Below are positions 53,822 through 63,864 of a stretch of DNA of 64,000 nt, in pieces. A program made the position numbers and the translations under genes. The DNA is from Caldisericia bacterium (GTDB lineage: Bacteria; Caldisericota; Caldisericia; JAAYUI01): positions 36,134 through 100,133 of the forward strand of contig JAGOOK010000001.1 in assembly GCA_017992555.1 (NCBI GenBank). Reading direction: 5' to 3'. Below the pieces are notes generated by a model, which did not search any database, had not been told where the DNA came from, and worked only from the letters and a program-made list of their open reading frames with translations. The stretch's first letter is position 1. The number at the start of each line of letters is the position of its first letter.

Positions 53822-56133
53822 CAGCTCACCCAGGCAAGCCCTACTCTTTGTGCCATTTTTCCTTCAATTCCTGTTCTAAGTTCCCTGTTTTCTTTGAACC
53901 TCAACTCCGGGTCATGCTTAATGATATCCTCTGCGATTTCCCTTGCCAAGGAAAGAAGCGGGAAATTTGAAGGGGTGATGAGTCTGGATGAGGCAAGCAT
54001 CGGCAATCCCGACTGCATTGTTCCGCCAATATCTCCGGGCCCGCGCAGTTTGAGGTCCTCCTCGGCAACCTCCAGGCCGTTTGCTGTCCTTTCCAGGACC
54101 TGCAGCGACACCGTCGGCCTTGAGGGTATGAGGAAACAATAGCTTTTGTGCTCACCCCTTCCAACCCTTCCCCTCAGCTGGTGGAGCTGGGCCAGCCCAA
54201 ACCTTTCAGCGTTTTCAATGATCATGACCGTTGCATTTGGGACGTCTATTCCAACCTCAATGACGGTTGTCGAGACAAGGACTTTTAGTTCTTTGTCCCT
54301 AAACCTGCACATTGTTTCATTCTTCTCTTTTGCCGGCATCCTGCCGTGAAGCAGTCCGCATGGAATGCCCTTGAAATGCGACTCTGTGAGCTCAACAAAC
54401 TGCTTAGTGGCAGCTTTTGCAGAGAGCTTTTCCGATTCCTCGACGAGAGGGCAGACAATGTAGACCTGCCTGCCTTTTTCTATCTCGGCAAGGGCCGTTT
54501 TGTATGCTAGGTTGCCTGTACCTGTGAGCACCTTTGTTTCTATGGTTGCCCTTCCCTTTGGCATTTCATCAACCACAGACACATCCAGGTCGCCGTAGAT
54601 CGTCATGGCGAGCGTCCTCGGGATTGGGGTGGCACTCATGACGAGCACATGCGGGCAGAAGCCCTTTTTTGCCAGCCTAGCCCTCTGCAGGACGCCAAAC
54701 CTGTGCTGTTCGTCAACAACCACAAGACCCAGGTTTTCAAACTTTACCCAGTCCTCAAGGAGCGCGTGTGTTCCAAAAAGGACGCATGGCTCGCCAGAAG
54801 AAAGCAGCTCAAAAACCTTTTCCCTTGCCATTTTTTTTGACGAGCCGGAAAGGTATGCAGTGTTGAACGGCAGAAGTTTTCTGGCGACATTGTAAGTCTG
54901 GCTTGCAAGGATTTCTGTGGGTGCAATCCAGGCAATCTGGTAGCCAAGCTTCGCGGCAGAGTTGCATGCGCTCAGGCCCACAACCGTTTTTCCAGAGCCA
55001 ACATCTCCATGCAGGAGCCTGTTCATTGGCCTTCCCGACTCAAGGTCTTTCGCTATTTCAAGACAGCACCTTTTCTGGGCTATGGTTGGTTCAAACGGAA
55101 GTTTTGAAAGGAAATCCTTTGAAGATTTTTGCGCACCTTTGATGATTGGGGCATCCTGTTGCCTGTACTCTGCCCTGCGGAGCAGGAGCGCTGTTTCCAT
55201 GAGCAAAAATTCGTCCAGCACGAGCCTTTTTTCGCAGAGCTTGAGCTGTTCAAAGTTGTCAGGGAAATGCACTTTCTCGTAGGATTCGCCAAGAGGTGGC
55301 AAAGACATGTCCTTCTTTACGGCATCAGGAAGATAGCCATCGCCAATCTCCGGCATGTTGTCGACGATTTTTTTGATTACGCTTCTTATGACCCACTGTG
55401 GGAGCCCGGCAGTAAGTGGATAGACCGGAATAATCCCCATGTCCTGTATGTCAGTGTCCAAGTCCGGGTTTGTCATGTGCGGGCCACCGTAGTCGCCCAC
55501 TTTTCCGTAAAGTGCCACCGTTTTCCCGATGGCAAGTTTTTTCAGGACGTATGGGTTGTTGAACCATGTGGCCATTATTTTACCGGTTGAGTCGCCAAAA
55601 AGCGCCTGCACAAAATTCCTTCCGGCACGCGGTTCCCTGACATCAAGCACTTTTGCAAAGACAGTTGCTTCCGTTCCAGTGGAGAGCTGTGCGATTGGCA
55701 AGACCTTTGTTCTGTCTATAAACCTGATGGGAAAATGGTTCAGGGCATCAAGGACAGTCACAAGTCCAAGTTTTTTTAAGAGTTTTACTCTTTCAGGGCC
55801 AATACCCGGAATGGAAGCGAGGGGCATATCTGTTTTTAGATATATTTTTTGCTTTGGAACCGGCCTCTGCTGGACATAATGGCCCCTGGCAAGCTTTAAG
55901 AGGTCATTTACGGCCTTTTCCCTTGATGTGGTATCCAGGGAGGTATAACTGGAAAAAACCTCAATAGCTCTTTTTATGCTGGCATTCTGGCCGGGCTCGT
56001 CCTTTGCCCACTGGTCAAGCTTTGCCAGAACAAATTTTGAAAACCCGCCAAACACCGCCCTGTCATCGCAACCCCTCTCAAGCTCGGCCATTGCAGGGCC
56101 AAGAATGAGCGTTCTGACAGGAGAAAGACTCAT
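53821..56133 (-). CDS. recG: ATP-dependent DNA helicase RecG
   Basis: Wedge/OB domain followed by SF2 helicase motifs (GDVGSGKT, DEQHRFGV, TATPIPRT, QLHQLRGRVGRG). Confidence 0.93.
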   Translation of the reverse strand: MSLSPVRTLILGPAMAELERGCDDRAVFGGFSKFVLAKLDQWAKDEPGQNASIKRAIEVFSSYTSLDTTSREKAVNDLLKLARGHYVQQRPVPKQKIYLKTDMPLASIPGIGPERVKLLKKLGLVTVLDALNHFPIRFIDRTKVLPIAQLSTGTEATVFAKVLDVREPRAGRNFVQALFGDSTGKIMATWFNNPYVLKKLAIGKTVALYGKVGDYGGPHMTNPDLDTDIQDMGIIPVYPLTAGLPQWVIRSVIKKIVDNMPEIGDGYLPDAVKKDMSLPPLGESYEKVHFPDNFEQLKLCEKRLVLDEFLLMETALLLRRAEYRQQDAPIIKGAQKSSKDFLSKLPFEPTIAQKRCCLEIAKDLESGRPMNRLLHGDVGSGKTVVGLSACNSAAKLGYQIAWIAPTEILASQTYNVARKLLPFNTAYLSGSSKKMAREKVFELLSSGEPCVLFGTHALLEDWVKFENLGLVVVDEQHRFGVLQRARLAKKGFCPHVLVMSATPIPRTLAMTIYGDLDVSVVDEMPKGRATIETKVLTGTGNLAYKTALAEIEKGRQVYIVCPLVEESEKLSAKAATKQFVELTESHFKGIPCGLLHGRMPAKEKNETMCRFRDKELKVLVSTTVIEVGIDVPNATVMIIENAERFGLAQLHQLRGRVGRGEHKSYCFLIPSRPTVSLQVLERTANGLEVAEEDLKLRGPGDIGGTMQSGLPMLASSRLITPSNFPLLSLAREIAEDIIKHDPELRFKENRELRTGIEGKMAQRVGLAWVS

Positions 56134-56939
56134 AAGAGAATCTGGGCTACAACAAAGAGGGCAACGCAGTAGGCCGCAAAGATGTAGAAATTGAACTTCT
56201 GGATGGCCTTGAAGAACAGGAAAAATGACAGATAGCCAACAACAGCGGCCACCACAAAGCCAACCATGGAAGGCATCCAGTCAATTTGCATTCCTGAACT
56301 GGTCACCATTTTATAGACATCATAGAGTGTTTTTGCCGTTGCAGCGCCGACCGCAGGAATTGCGATCAGGAAGGCCAGTTTGGAAGAGGATTTTTTGCCA
56401 AACCCCAACAGTCTGGCAGCGGTTATTGTGGCGCCTGACCTTGATATGCCAGGGAACATGGCAATTGCCTGGGCACAGCCAACGGTTATTGCATCGACCC
56501 ATGTTGTCTCTTCAAGCTTGCGTTTGCCATTCATCAGAGAAGCGACTATGAGGAAAGCTGCAGTAACAAGCAAGAGGTAAGAGGTGGTTTTTGGATCCTG
56601 GAAAACAGATTCAATCCTGCTTTCAAAGAGCAAGCCAAAGATTATTGCTGGTACAACTGAAAGTATGAGGTTGTATGAAAAAACTGAATCTGGCGGGAGG
56701 CCCCTGCCAATCTTTGGAAGGCCGACAAAAAAAGCCTTTACATATTTGACTACTTCCGGCCAGAAAAAAACGATTATCCCAAGGAGTGTTCCGGCATGGA
56801 GGAACACATCGAACCACATCGGTGGTTTGCTCCACCCCAAAAAAGCGGGAACAAGGACAAGATGGGCAGAAGACGAGACCGGAATAAACTCTGTGAGACC
56901 CTGGACAAGGCCGAGGACCAATGCTTCAAAGATTCCCAC
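56130..56939 (-). CDS. uppP: undecaprenyl-diphosphate phosphatase
   Basis: GLTEFIPVSSSAHL and PGISRSG motifs. Confidence 0.93.
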   Translation of the reverse strand: MGIFEALVLGLVQGLTEFIPVSSSAHLVLVPAFLGWSKPPMWFDVFLHAGTLLGIIVFFWPEVVKYVKAFFVGLPKIGRGLPPDSVFSYNLILSVVPAIIFGLLFESRIESVFQDPKTTSYLLLVTAAFLIVASLMNGKRKLEETTWVDAITVGCAQAIAMFPGISRSGATITAARLLGFGKKSSSKLAFLIAIPAVGAATAKTLYDVYKMVTSSGMQIDWMPSMVGFVVAAVVGYLSFFLFFKAIQKFNFYIFAAYCVALFVVAQILL

Positions 56940-57688
56940 TATTTTGCCTCCAGAATGGACCTGCAGAATTCGAGGTCCTCTATTTTATCAACATCAACGC
57001 CCAGCTCCGGGCACGGCAGCATTGGCGCTTTTATGGCAACGCCAAGCATTTTTGAAATTCTTTTCTCAAGCTCTGGTATCCCAACATTCTTGAACAAAAG
57101 CAATCTCAGAAGGAATGGCACGCCAAGCTGGAGTGCCTGCTTTATGGCTGACTTTCTCCTCTTCGATGTTTCCTCGACTATTGGCTCCACCTTTTTGTAG
57201 GCGGTTTTGCTGATGTAGAAGAGGTTTCCGACTTTGACATTTCCCTCTTTGATGCGAAGAAAAGTGCGCTTTGTTCCGGGGAACATCCTCAGCGTGTCTT
57301 CTTTGGTTATAATTGGCAGCCCCAGGTCACACCCTGTTTTCTGAAGTGCGGAAACCACCATATCGAAGGTTTTTTCAGTTACCAGCGGGATGTCGTTTGT
57401 CGTTATGACGAAATATTCGGTCTCTGATGCATCCACAAGGCGATCTATGTTTGCCTTCTGGCTGTCGCCCTCCTCCAGCATCAGGTCCACCTTGGATTTT
57501 ACTGAATCCGGGTAGCCATCCCCAACAAGGATTATCCTGTTTGTGAAGGAAGACTTGCGAAGCGCATCGATGACGTATTCAATTGATGGCTTGCCTGCAA
57601 ATGAAAGCATGCCCTTGTTGGGCACGCCTTCATTTGCGAACCACGGTTCAACTCCGCCGCCGCCTAATATTGCAAAATCTATTTTCAT
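56939..57688 (-). CDS. MobA-like nucleotidyltransferase family protein (unknown substrate)
   Basis: N-terminal AILGGGG...G.PNKGML.F.GKP nucleotide-binding signature. 249 aa. Confidence 0.6.
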   Translation of the reverse strand: MKIDFAILGGGGVEPWFANEGVPNKGMLSFAGKPSIEYVIDALRKSSFTNRIILVGDGYPDSVKSKVDLMLEEGDSQKANIDRLVDASETEYFVITTNDIPLVTEKTFDMVVSALQKTGCDLGLPIITKEDTLRMFPGTKRTFLRIKEGNVKVGNLFYISKTAYKKVEPIVEETSKRRKSAIKQALQLGVPFLLRLLLFKNVGIPELEKRISKMLGVAIKAPMLPCPELGVDVDKIEDLEFCRSILEAK

Positions 57689-60018
57689 TTTGGATATGTC
57701 AGCGTTATCTTTCTTGTGGCGCCTTCCCAGGCCACACCTGCCCCAAGGGCTTCTCCAACAAACCTTAGCGGCAACATGGTTTTTGCGCTAATGATTGTTG
57801 GATAGAGCTTTTGGGCTTTCGAGTCAATAAAAACCTCTTTGCCGTTTATCTTGGCGGTTTTCTTACCAATCCACAGCTCGACAACATTCTTCCCGTTCCA
57901 GAGCGATTGGGTCAAAGTGACCTTTTTTTCTGCACCATCATACCCGACCTGTGCCCCAAGCGCCTCTGCGACTTCCCTTATTGGCATGTATGTGCTCCCG
58001 CCAAGTTCTTTTGGGAGCGGTGGCGAGGAAGATGTTGGAGCGGTCTTGAGTGTCACTTTAAGGCCGTTTATGGTGATGTCCGTTTTGTCCAGCCAGAGCT
58101 CTATTGTGACGGCATAGATTACATCAACAGTGATTTTCTTGTTCTGGCTGCCCAGTGTTGCCGAGATTTCAAACCTGTTGAGCCCCGGGATAAGCGTTAC
58201 TGAATAGTTCGCCTTTCCGCTCTGATCCACAGTTGCCGGCTTGCCACCAATCGTCACTGTTGCACCCTTTGTTGTGGAGATCGGGATTGTATAGCCTGGG
58301 GAAGTAGTTTTTAATGGGGTACCAGAGAAACCGTTGACCGAGAGATCAAGAAGTGCTGCAGACTCGACCAATACTTTAACAGTAACAACAGTTTTCCCTG
58401 CATTGGAATCAATTGTCACTTCGCCTGTCAGAATACCTTCCGTGTTTGGCTCTACTGTGATGTTTATCTTGCACCTGTCGCACTTGAATGACGACGGATC
58501 GACTTTTATCCATGGGGCACTCGCAGTAATTGTCCCTTCAAGCATTCCGCCTTCGCCAGCCTGCTCGATGATTTCGATCTGGAGAGACTTCTTTGTGTTT
58601 TTTGGTATTTTGCCAAAATCCAGCTCTGATGGCTCAATTTTCAGAATCATTCCGGATTTTTTGTAGGTGAAACCCACTGCAATTTCTGAATTGCCGCCGT
58701 TGCTTTCAATTGACAGTTTCCCTGAATACGGCCCTGGTTCGAGGCCAAGCGGGTCAACAGTCATGATTGTTTCAAAAGAACCATCTGGCTCGATTTCAAA
58801 TTCTGATTGTTCGGTCCTGAGCCATGGCTCTGAGGATTTGATGGTTGCTGAGAGTTTTCCAGTCCCAGTGTTCTTAAAAGTGAGTTTTTTTGTTATGGTT
58901 GTTGAAATCTCACCGAGACCAAACGATTTTTCTGCAACTTCGAGTTTTGGTTCCTCGGCCACCTTTTCACATTCAAACTTCCAGATGATGTTGCCAATCA
59001 ATTTTTCACCTGATTTTGACTTTATGCCGGACTGGCCGCTTTTTGCGTAGAACGTATACTTCTTGCCCTCTTCAAAGGCCTTGTTTGGAGTAAATGTGCA
59101 CTTTGACCCGGAGACAGACGCTTTCCCAGAAACAGCGAGGCCATTCTGGTCAACCAGGAGCACTGTACTCTCGTTGAATGTTGTGGGGTCTATGTCCTTG
59201 TCAAATGATAGCGAAAGGGGCGAGTTTGGCGATACCTTGCCAGGGAGCGGATTGGTGAGGTGAGGTGCTTTGATTTTCCATGCACCATAAGCATAAACCT
59301 CGAATGTATCCTGGTCGAATATCGCTACCGCGGCACCAAGCTCTTCTTTTGTCCAGTCTTCTTTGAGATCAAAACTGGCCGTGAGCTTCTTGGTTTCGCC
59401 ATTTTTGATGCGCATAGTTGAACCCTTTGCAGAGGGTTTGATTGCATGCACGACATGCTGGAAATACTGGTCTTCCCTGTCCACATTGTCCTCAAAGAGG
59501 AAGAAAGTGTACCTGAGCGTTGCCTGGTCGAGAGGACCAAACTGCTCAACCATGGCCTCAAAATCGATCTTTTGCCCTGCGGCCTCTTCCTTCAATTTTG
59601 CATTCAGGGAGACATTAAAGCTAAGGGGTGAGGAGCGGACCTTTGAAACCGTGTCCTCAACTTCCTTCTCGGTCATACCCGACCTCTTTATAAAATTGCC
59701 ATTGAAAGCTATTGTCGGATAAGACTTTCTTTCATACATCTGCCCCCTTTTGTCTACTTCTTCAATATAAAACTCGTCGTTGGGGTTTGAATGCAGCCTT
59801 AGTTTGATGATAGAGTCCGAGCCAAGTTCAGACTCGAGTTTGTCCATACTGCGCACGGCAGTGTGACACTTCGTTCAGTTCGGCTCCACAAAAATTTCGC
59901 AGAATGCTGCACGTTTCGGAGTGAAATCTGAAACGGAGAGCGGCATTGTCCTCGAGTAGACCTGGACGGTCTGTGAAAGCATAAGAGAGAGTAGAACAAT
60001 TACTGACAGTTTTTTCAC
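57685..60018 (-). CDS. exported multidomain protein (signal peptide, thioredoxin-fold domain with UxxC, Ig-like domains, two C-terminal copper-amine-oxidase-N-like repeats) interrupted by one in-frame TGA at codon 48; candidate selenoprotein, otherwise a pseudogene or split gene
   Basis: GTG at 60018 (GTGA overlap with the alr stop, GGAAGGAGG upstream) opens MKKLSVIVLLSLMLSQTVQVYSRTMPLSVSDFTPKRAAFCEIFVEPN-TGA-TKCHTAVRSMDKL... in the same frame as the tracked 723-aa ORF (57685-59856). Confidence 0.6.
59841..59868 (-). promoter_or_regulatory. hairpin 6 nt downstream of the in-frame UGA (candidate bacterial SECIS)
   Basis: RNA UGUC-AC-ACUGC-CGUGC-GCAGU-AUG-GACA: 4-bp lower stem, internal loop, 5-bp upper stem, 5-nt apical loop containing GU. 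The apical loop lies about 18-22 nt after the UGA. Confidence 0.35.
59875..59877 (-). other. in-frame TGA codon (candidate Sec codon, position 48)
   Basis: Hand translation base by base. 60018 and 59856 are in the same frame (both divisible by 3 on the minus strand). Confidence 0.8.
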
Positions 60019-61145
60019 AGCTCGGCCTCCTTCCCTGATTGTTTATAAACAAATTTAGTCCTGCCACCAAGACCAGTCAAGATTTCATATGGGGTGGTTT
60101 TCAGGACCTCAGACAAATCTTTTACAGTAACAGCCTCATCGGCATCTTTCCCAATGAGCGTTACCCTATCTCCAACCTCAACTCCCGGAATGTCTGTCAC
60201 ATCGATCATGAATTGATCCATGCAGATTCTTCCTACTATTTTGGTTTTTTTGCCCTGGACCAGCACGAAGCCACCATTCTTAAGGTTCCATCTCCATCCG
60301 TCGGCATATCCCACAGGCACAGTTGCGATGACCCTTGTAGAATCAGCGATAAAGTCCCTGCCATAGCCGACACTTTCGCCCTTGTGAATGACTTTCATGT
60401 CGCAAACAACGGAGGCCCATGAAAGTATCGGCAGGAGCTCCTGGTCGAACCTCCCGCCAACTGGCACCCCGTAGAGCATCATGCCCGGCCTGACCATGTC
60501 AAAATGGTACTCCGGGTAGTTCATTGTTGCGGCTGAAGCGGAAGCATGGAGTATTGGTGCTGCTCCCATTGCCTTTGCCTCAAGAGCTACTGCAATGAAG
60601 AGATCGGCCTGGTGCTTTGTGAATTCAGGATCGGAATCAGCCGTGGCAAAGTGGGTAAACAGGCCGCTGATCCTGATTTTTGGGAGCTTCATCACGCTTT
60701 TTATGAATGGCACCGAGTCCTTGACCGATATTCCGGCCCAGCACATGCCTGTATCAACCTTTATGTGCACTGGCACAGGAACAGGTGTCAGCCTGTCAAG
60801 CTCTACCGCAAGCTGGTAGTCAAAAATGGTTGGGGTGATTTGGTAATGGAGGATGTCAGAAGCATAAGCGGAATGGGTATAGCCAAGTATGAGTATTGGG
60901 CAGACAACGCCCCCTGCCCTGAGCCTGATCGCCTCCTCCGGGGTCTGGACGGCAAGCCAGTCTGCCCCGTTATGGGCGAGGGCCTGTGCGATTGCAACAT
61001 CGCCATGGCCGTATGCGTTGGCTTTTACAACAGCCATCACCTTTGGCGCCTGAGAGATCCTCCGGACCAGGCCAAGGTTTGATATCAACTTGTCGATGTC
61101 TACCGTTGCCAGTGATGGCAATACTTTCTCTGGTGCGAGACTCAT
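60015..61145 (-). CDS. alr: alanine racemase
   Basis: PLP-lysine motif AVVKANAYGHG. 376 aa. Confidence 0.93.
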   Translation of the reverse strand: MSLAPEKVLPSLATVDIDKLISNLGLVRRISQAPKVMAVVKANAYGHGDVAIAQALAHNGADWLAVQTPEEAIRLRAGGVVCPILILGYTHSAYASDILHYQITPTIFDYQLAVELDRLTPVPVPVHIKVDTGMCWAGISVKDSVPFIKSVMKLPKIRISGLFTHFATADSDPEFTKHQADLFIAVALEAKAMGAAPILHASASAATMNYPEYHFDMVRPGMMLYGVPVGGRFDQELLPILSWASVVCDMKVIHKGESVGYGRDFIADSTRVIATVPVGYADGWRWNLKNGGFVLVQGKKTKIVGRICMDQFMIDVTDIPGVEVGDRVTLIGKDADEAVTVKDLSEVLKTTPYEILTGLGGRTKFVYKQSGKEAEL

Positions 61146-62479
61146 TGGCTTGTTACTTTTATCCCTTCGAATCTGATACTTGGTGTTATTACTGAGATCA
61201 AGTCTTCAACATCGCTTGATATGCCACTTATGTTTTTGATCATCTCGAATACATTTCCAGCAATCATGGTACCCAGTAGAGGTGTTGTTATCTTTCCATT
61301 TTCGATCAGGTAGCCACCCTTTACAACGCCGGAGAAATCACCGGAAGAAGGATCGATGTTTCCAGAATATCTTTTCACAAGAAGGCCAAGCTTTGTGTCT
61401 GCGATGAGCTCTTCGAGTGTGGTTTTGCCAGTTTCTACGATTATGTTGGTTGTTGAAACAGATGGGGTTGAGGAGGGTGATCCTGAGGCATGCCCATTTG
61501 ATATGGTTTTGTCCCTTGCCGCCGTCCTTGCGTTGTGGAAAGGTTCTGTGAAAATGCCGTTTTTTATTGGCCACATGACCTTTGGTGCGATGCCTTCCCT
61601 GTCAAAGTTTGTTGATTCGAACCTGCCAGGGCGCCTTCCATCGTCAAGAATGGACAATTGTTCGGAAGCGACCTGCTTCCCCTGCATTCCTGCAAACCTT
61701 GACTCGCCCATCTGGATGGAATTGGCGTTGCATGACCACAAGACAGTTGAAAGTATAAGCTCGCTTAATGCATCTCCAAAGAGAATTACTGGACCTTCGA
61801 AGCTCTTTCCGCTCTTTGCGCCAAGTGACTCGATGACGTTTTTTGAGAACTTCCTTGCCACCTCTGAAACATTGATTTTTTTTGGGTCGGTTGTGGCACC
61901 AAAGGCCCCATCCATCGACGAAACTGTTTCACCTTCCTTTGCCATGCCGTAGACAAAATAAAATATCCCGGTCCTCTCCTGGGAAAGGTTTATCCCGTTT
62001 GTGTTTGCAAGCGTTGAAACAGTGGAGGCCAGGTTGAATTTGGCCATGTCAACTGAAATCCTGCTGTCGTAGGCCTTGCATTCCAGGAGCATCTGTTTGG
62101 CGTAGCCAACAACCTTATCGAGACCCATTTCAGCAAGGTCCTGGTTATGAAGGTCGCCAATCGAGATCGTTTCCCCGGGGTTCGGAAGGACATTTGAATC
62201 GTCAGGCGGAGACGATTTGGCAATTGCCATTGCCTCTTCGATGGCCATCTGCACTTTTGAGTCTTCGAAAGAATTCACACATGAGAAACCTTGTGAATGT
62301 GAATTGATGACCCTTACGCCAAGCCAGCTGCCTTTGTCCGAAGTCGCGACATGTATCTCGTTGTCCTGTGCGCTGACAGAGATGTTACTGCTGTGGGAAA
62401 TGGCCACCTCGGCATTTTGTGCACCAGCTTTTTTGCACATTCCAAGCGTGCGTTCTGCTATTTCTCTTGTGTCCATCAT
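61142..62479 (-). CDS. pmbA: TldD/PmbA family protein, PmbA (TldE) type (no HExxxH)
   Basis: Family-typical length and C-terminal GG...G..I.NG.. pattern. Paired with tldD through an ATGA overlap. Confidence 0.85.
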   Translation of the reverse strand: MMDTREIAERTLGMCKKAGAQNAEVAISHSSNISVSAQDNEIHVATSDKGSWLGVRVINSHSQGFSCVNSFEDSKVQMAIEEAMAIAKSSPPDDSNVLPNPGETISIGDLHNQDLAEMGLDKVVGYAKQMLLECKAYDSRISVDMAKFNLASTVSTLANTNGINLSQERTGIFYFVYGMAKEGETVSSMDGAFGATTDPKKINVSEVARKFSKNVIESLGAKSGKSFEGPVILFGDALSELILSTVLWSCNANSIQMGESRFAGMQGKQVASEQLSILDDGRRPGRFESTNFDREGIAPKVMWPIKNGIFTEPFHNARTAARDKTISNGHASGSPSSTPSVSTTNIIVETGKTTLEELIADTKLGLLVKRYSGNIDPSSGDFSGVVKGGYLIENGKITTPLLGTMIAGNVFEMIKNISGISSDVEDLISVITPSIRFEGIKVTSQ

Positions 62480-63864
62480 CTGCCTCCAAGCATTGCCTTA
62501 CACTTGATCGAAGGCCCGCCACCATCAACCTTGGCAGGTTGTATTTTCCCGCAGGCCCCGGAACCCATTGCAAACTCGAAATCGTTTCCGACCATGTCCA
62601 CACTTTTCAGGACATCAAAGGCCTGACCGGAGATGGTGACGTTTTTCACCAGCCTGCCGACCTTCCCTTTGGCTATTTCGTAGGCCTCGCCGCACCCGAA
62701 CATGAATTCTGCGTTTGCGTCTGCCTCGCCATTTTCAGGGTTTACCAGGAGGTAACCCTTGTCTATGGAACCAATGATCTCGTCAAGGCTGTTTTTGCCA
62801 GGTTTTATGTAGGTATTTCTCATCCTTATTATCGGGACATCGGTGTAACCCCATGCCCTTGCGTTGCCAGTGGGCTCGACTCCAAACAGCTCTGCGGTTT
62901 CCCTGCTGTGGAGATATGAAGACAAAATGCCATCTTTTATGATGACTGCTTCTCCGGCCTCTACACCCTCATCGTCAACCTCAATGTAACCCGCAGGATT
63001 ACCAATTTTCATCAGATTTGGCCCGTCATCGACCATCGTGATCAAGTCCGAGGCTATCTTCTGGCCAATCTTGCCTGCTGTTATCGACCCTGACAGTACA
63101 AAATCCGCCTCGACCGTGTGTCCTATTGCCTCGTGTGCAAGGATGCCAACCATGCCTGGTTTTAGAACAACATCGTGCATCCCGCCTTCCGCATAGGGTG
63201 CATCCAGCTTGTCGACGGCTATTCTGGCGGCTTTTTCAGCCATCTGCTCCGGGGTCTTGGAATCAAAGAGTTCATCGAAGCCGCCAACAACGCCCCTGGA
63301 TTCAAACGAGCTTTGCATCTGGCCATCCTTTGAGGCAACAGCAATGCAGTAAAAATCTGGCTTGGAAAGCCTGCTGTGGCATTTTGCGCCGTCGTTTGTC
63401 ATGACCCACTTGTTCTCTGTTGTTTCGGAGTAATAAGTCGTAGCGGTAACGATAAATTGGGAGTTTTTCCGGATCAGTGACTCGATTCTTATGGCCAGGG
63501 CTATTTTTTCTTCAAATGGGATGTCCTCGAGGTCTCTTTTTATTTTGTATTTGTAGTCTTTTTTGGCCAGCCTTTTTGGGGGCAGTGCTGGCACTTTCTT
63601 TTGTGACTGTGAACCAATTGCCATGGCTGCTATCTCGGCATCTTTCAGGGCCTTGGTTAGGGAATCCGGGTCAAGGTCAGATGTTGAAGCAAAGCCCCAT
63701 GCGCCGTTCCTGAGCACCCTTATGCCTGCTCCAATACTCCTCCTTGAGCTGGATGTTTCAAGCAAGCCATTTTTTATTGCCACGCCACGGCCTGTCTTGT
63801 CAGAAATCCTTATTTCACAAAAACCATTGCTCAAAGATAATATTTTCCCAATCAAATCAAACAT
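62476..63864 (-). CDS. tldD: metalloprotease TldD
   Basis: HEAIGHTVEAD zinc motif. 462 aa. Confidence 0.9.
   Translation of the reverse strand: MFDLIGKILSLSNGFCEIRISDKTGRGVAIKNGLLETSSSRRSIGAGIRVLRNGAWGFASTSDLDPDSLTKALKDAEIAAMAIGSQSQKKVPALPPKRLAKKDYKYKIKRDLEDIPFEEKIALAIRIESLIRKNSQFIVTATTYYSETTENKWVMTNDGAKCHSRLSKPDFYCIAVASKDGQMQSSFESRGVVGGFDELFDSKTPEQMAEKAARIAVDKLDAPYAEGGMHDVVLKPGMVGILAHEAIGHTVEADFVLSGSITAGKIGQKIASDLITMVDDGPNLMKIGNPAGYIEVDDEGVEAGEAVIIKDGILSSYLHSRETAELFGVEPTGNARAWGYTDVPIIRMRNTYIKPGKNSLDEIIGSIDKGYLLVNPENGEADANAEFMFGCGEAYEIAKGKVGRLVKNVTISGQAFDVLKSVDMVGNDFEFAMGSGACGKIQPAKVDGGGPSIKCKAMLGGR

Noticed and set aside
59875-59877. Whole-genome UGA reassignment (code 4 or 25) as the explanation for the in-frame TGA
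   Set aside because: TGA ends several conserved genes exactly at their expected C-termini. Examples are purH ...RHFNH* at 2342, alr at 60015, uppP at 56130, comM at 32453 and the dockerin end at 2350. So TGA is a normal stop here, and only local recoding, mutation or error remain as explanations.
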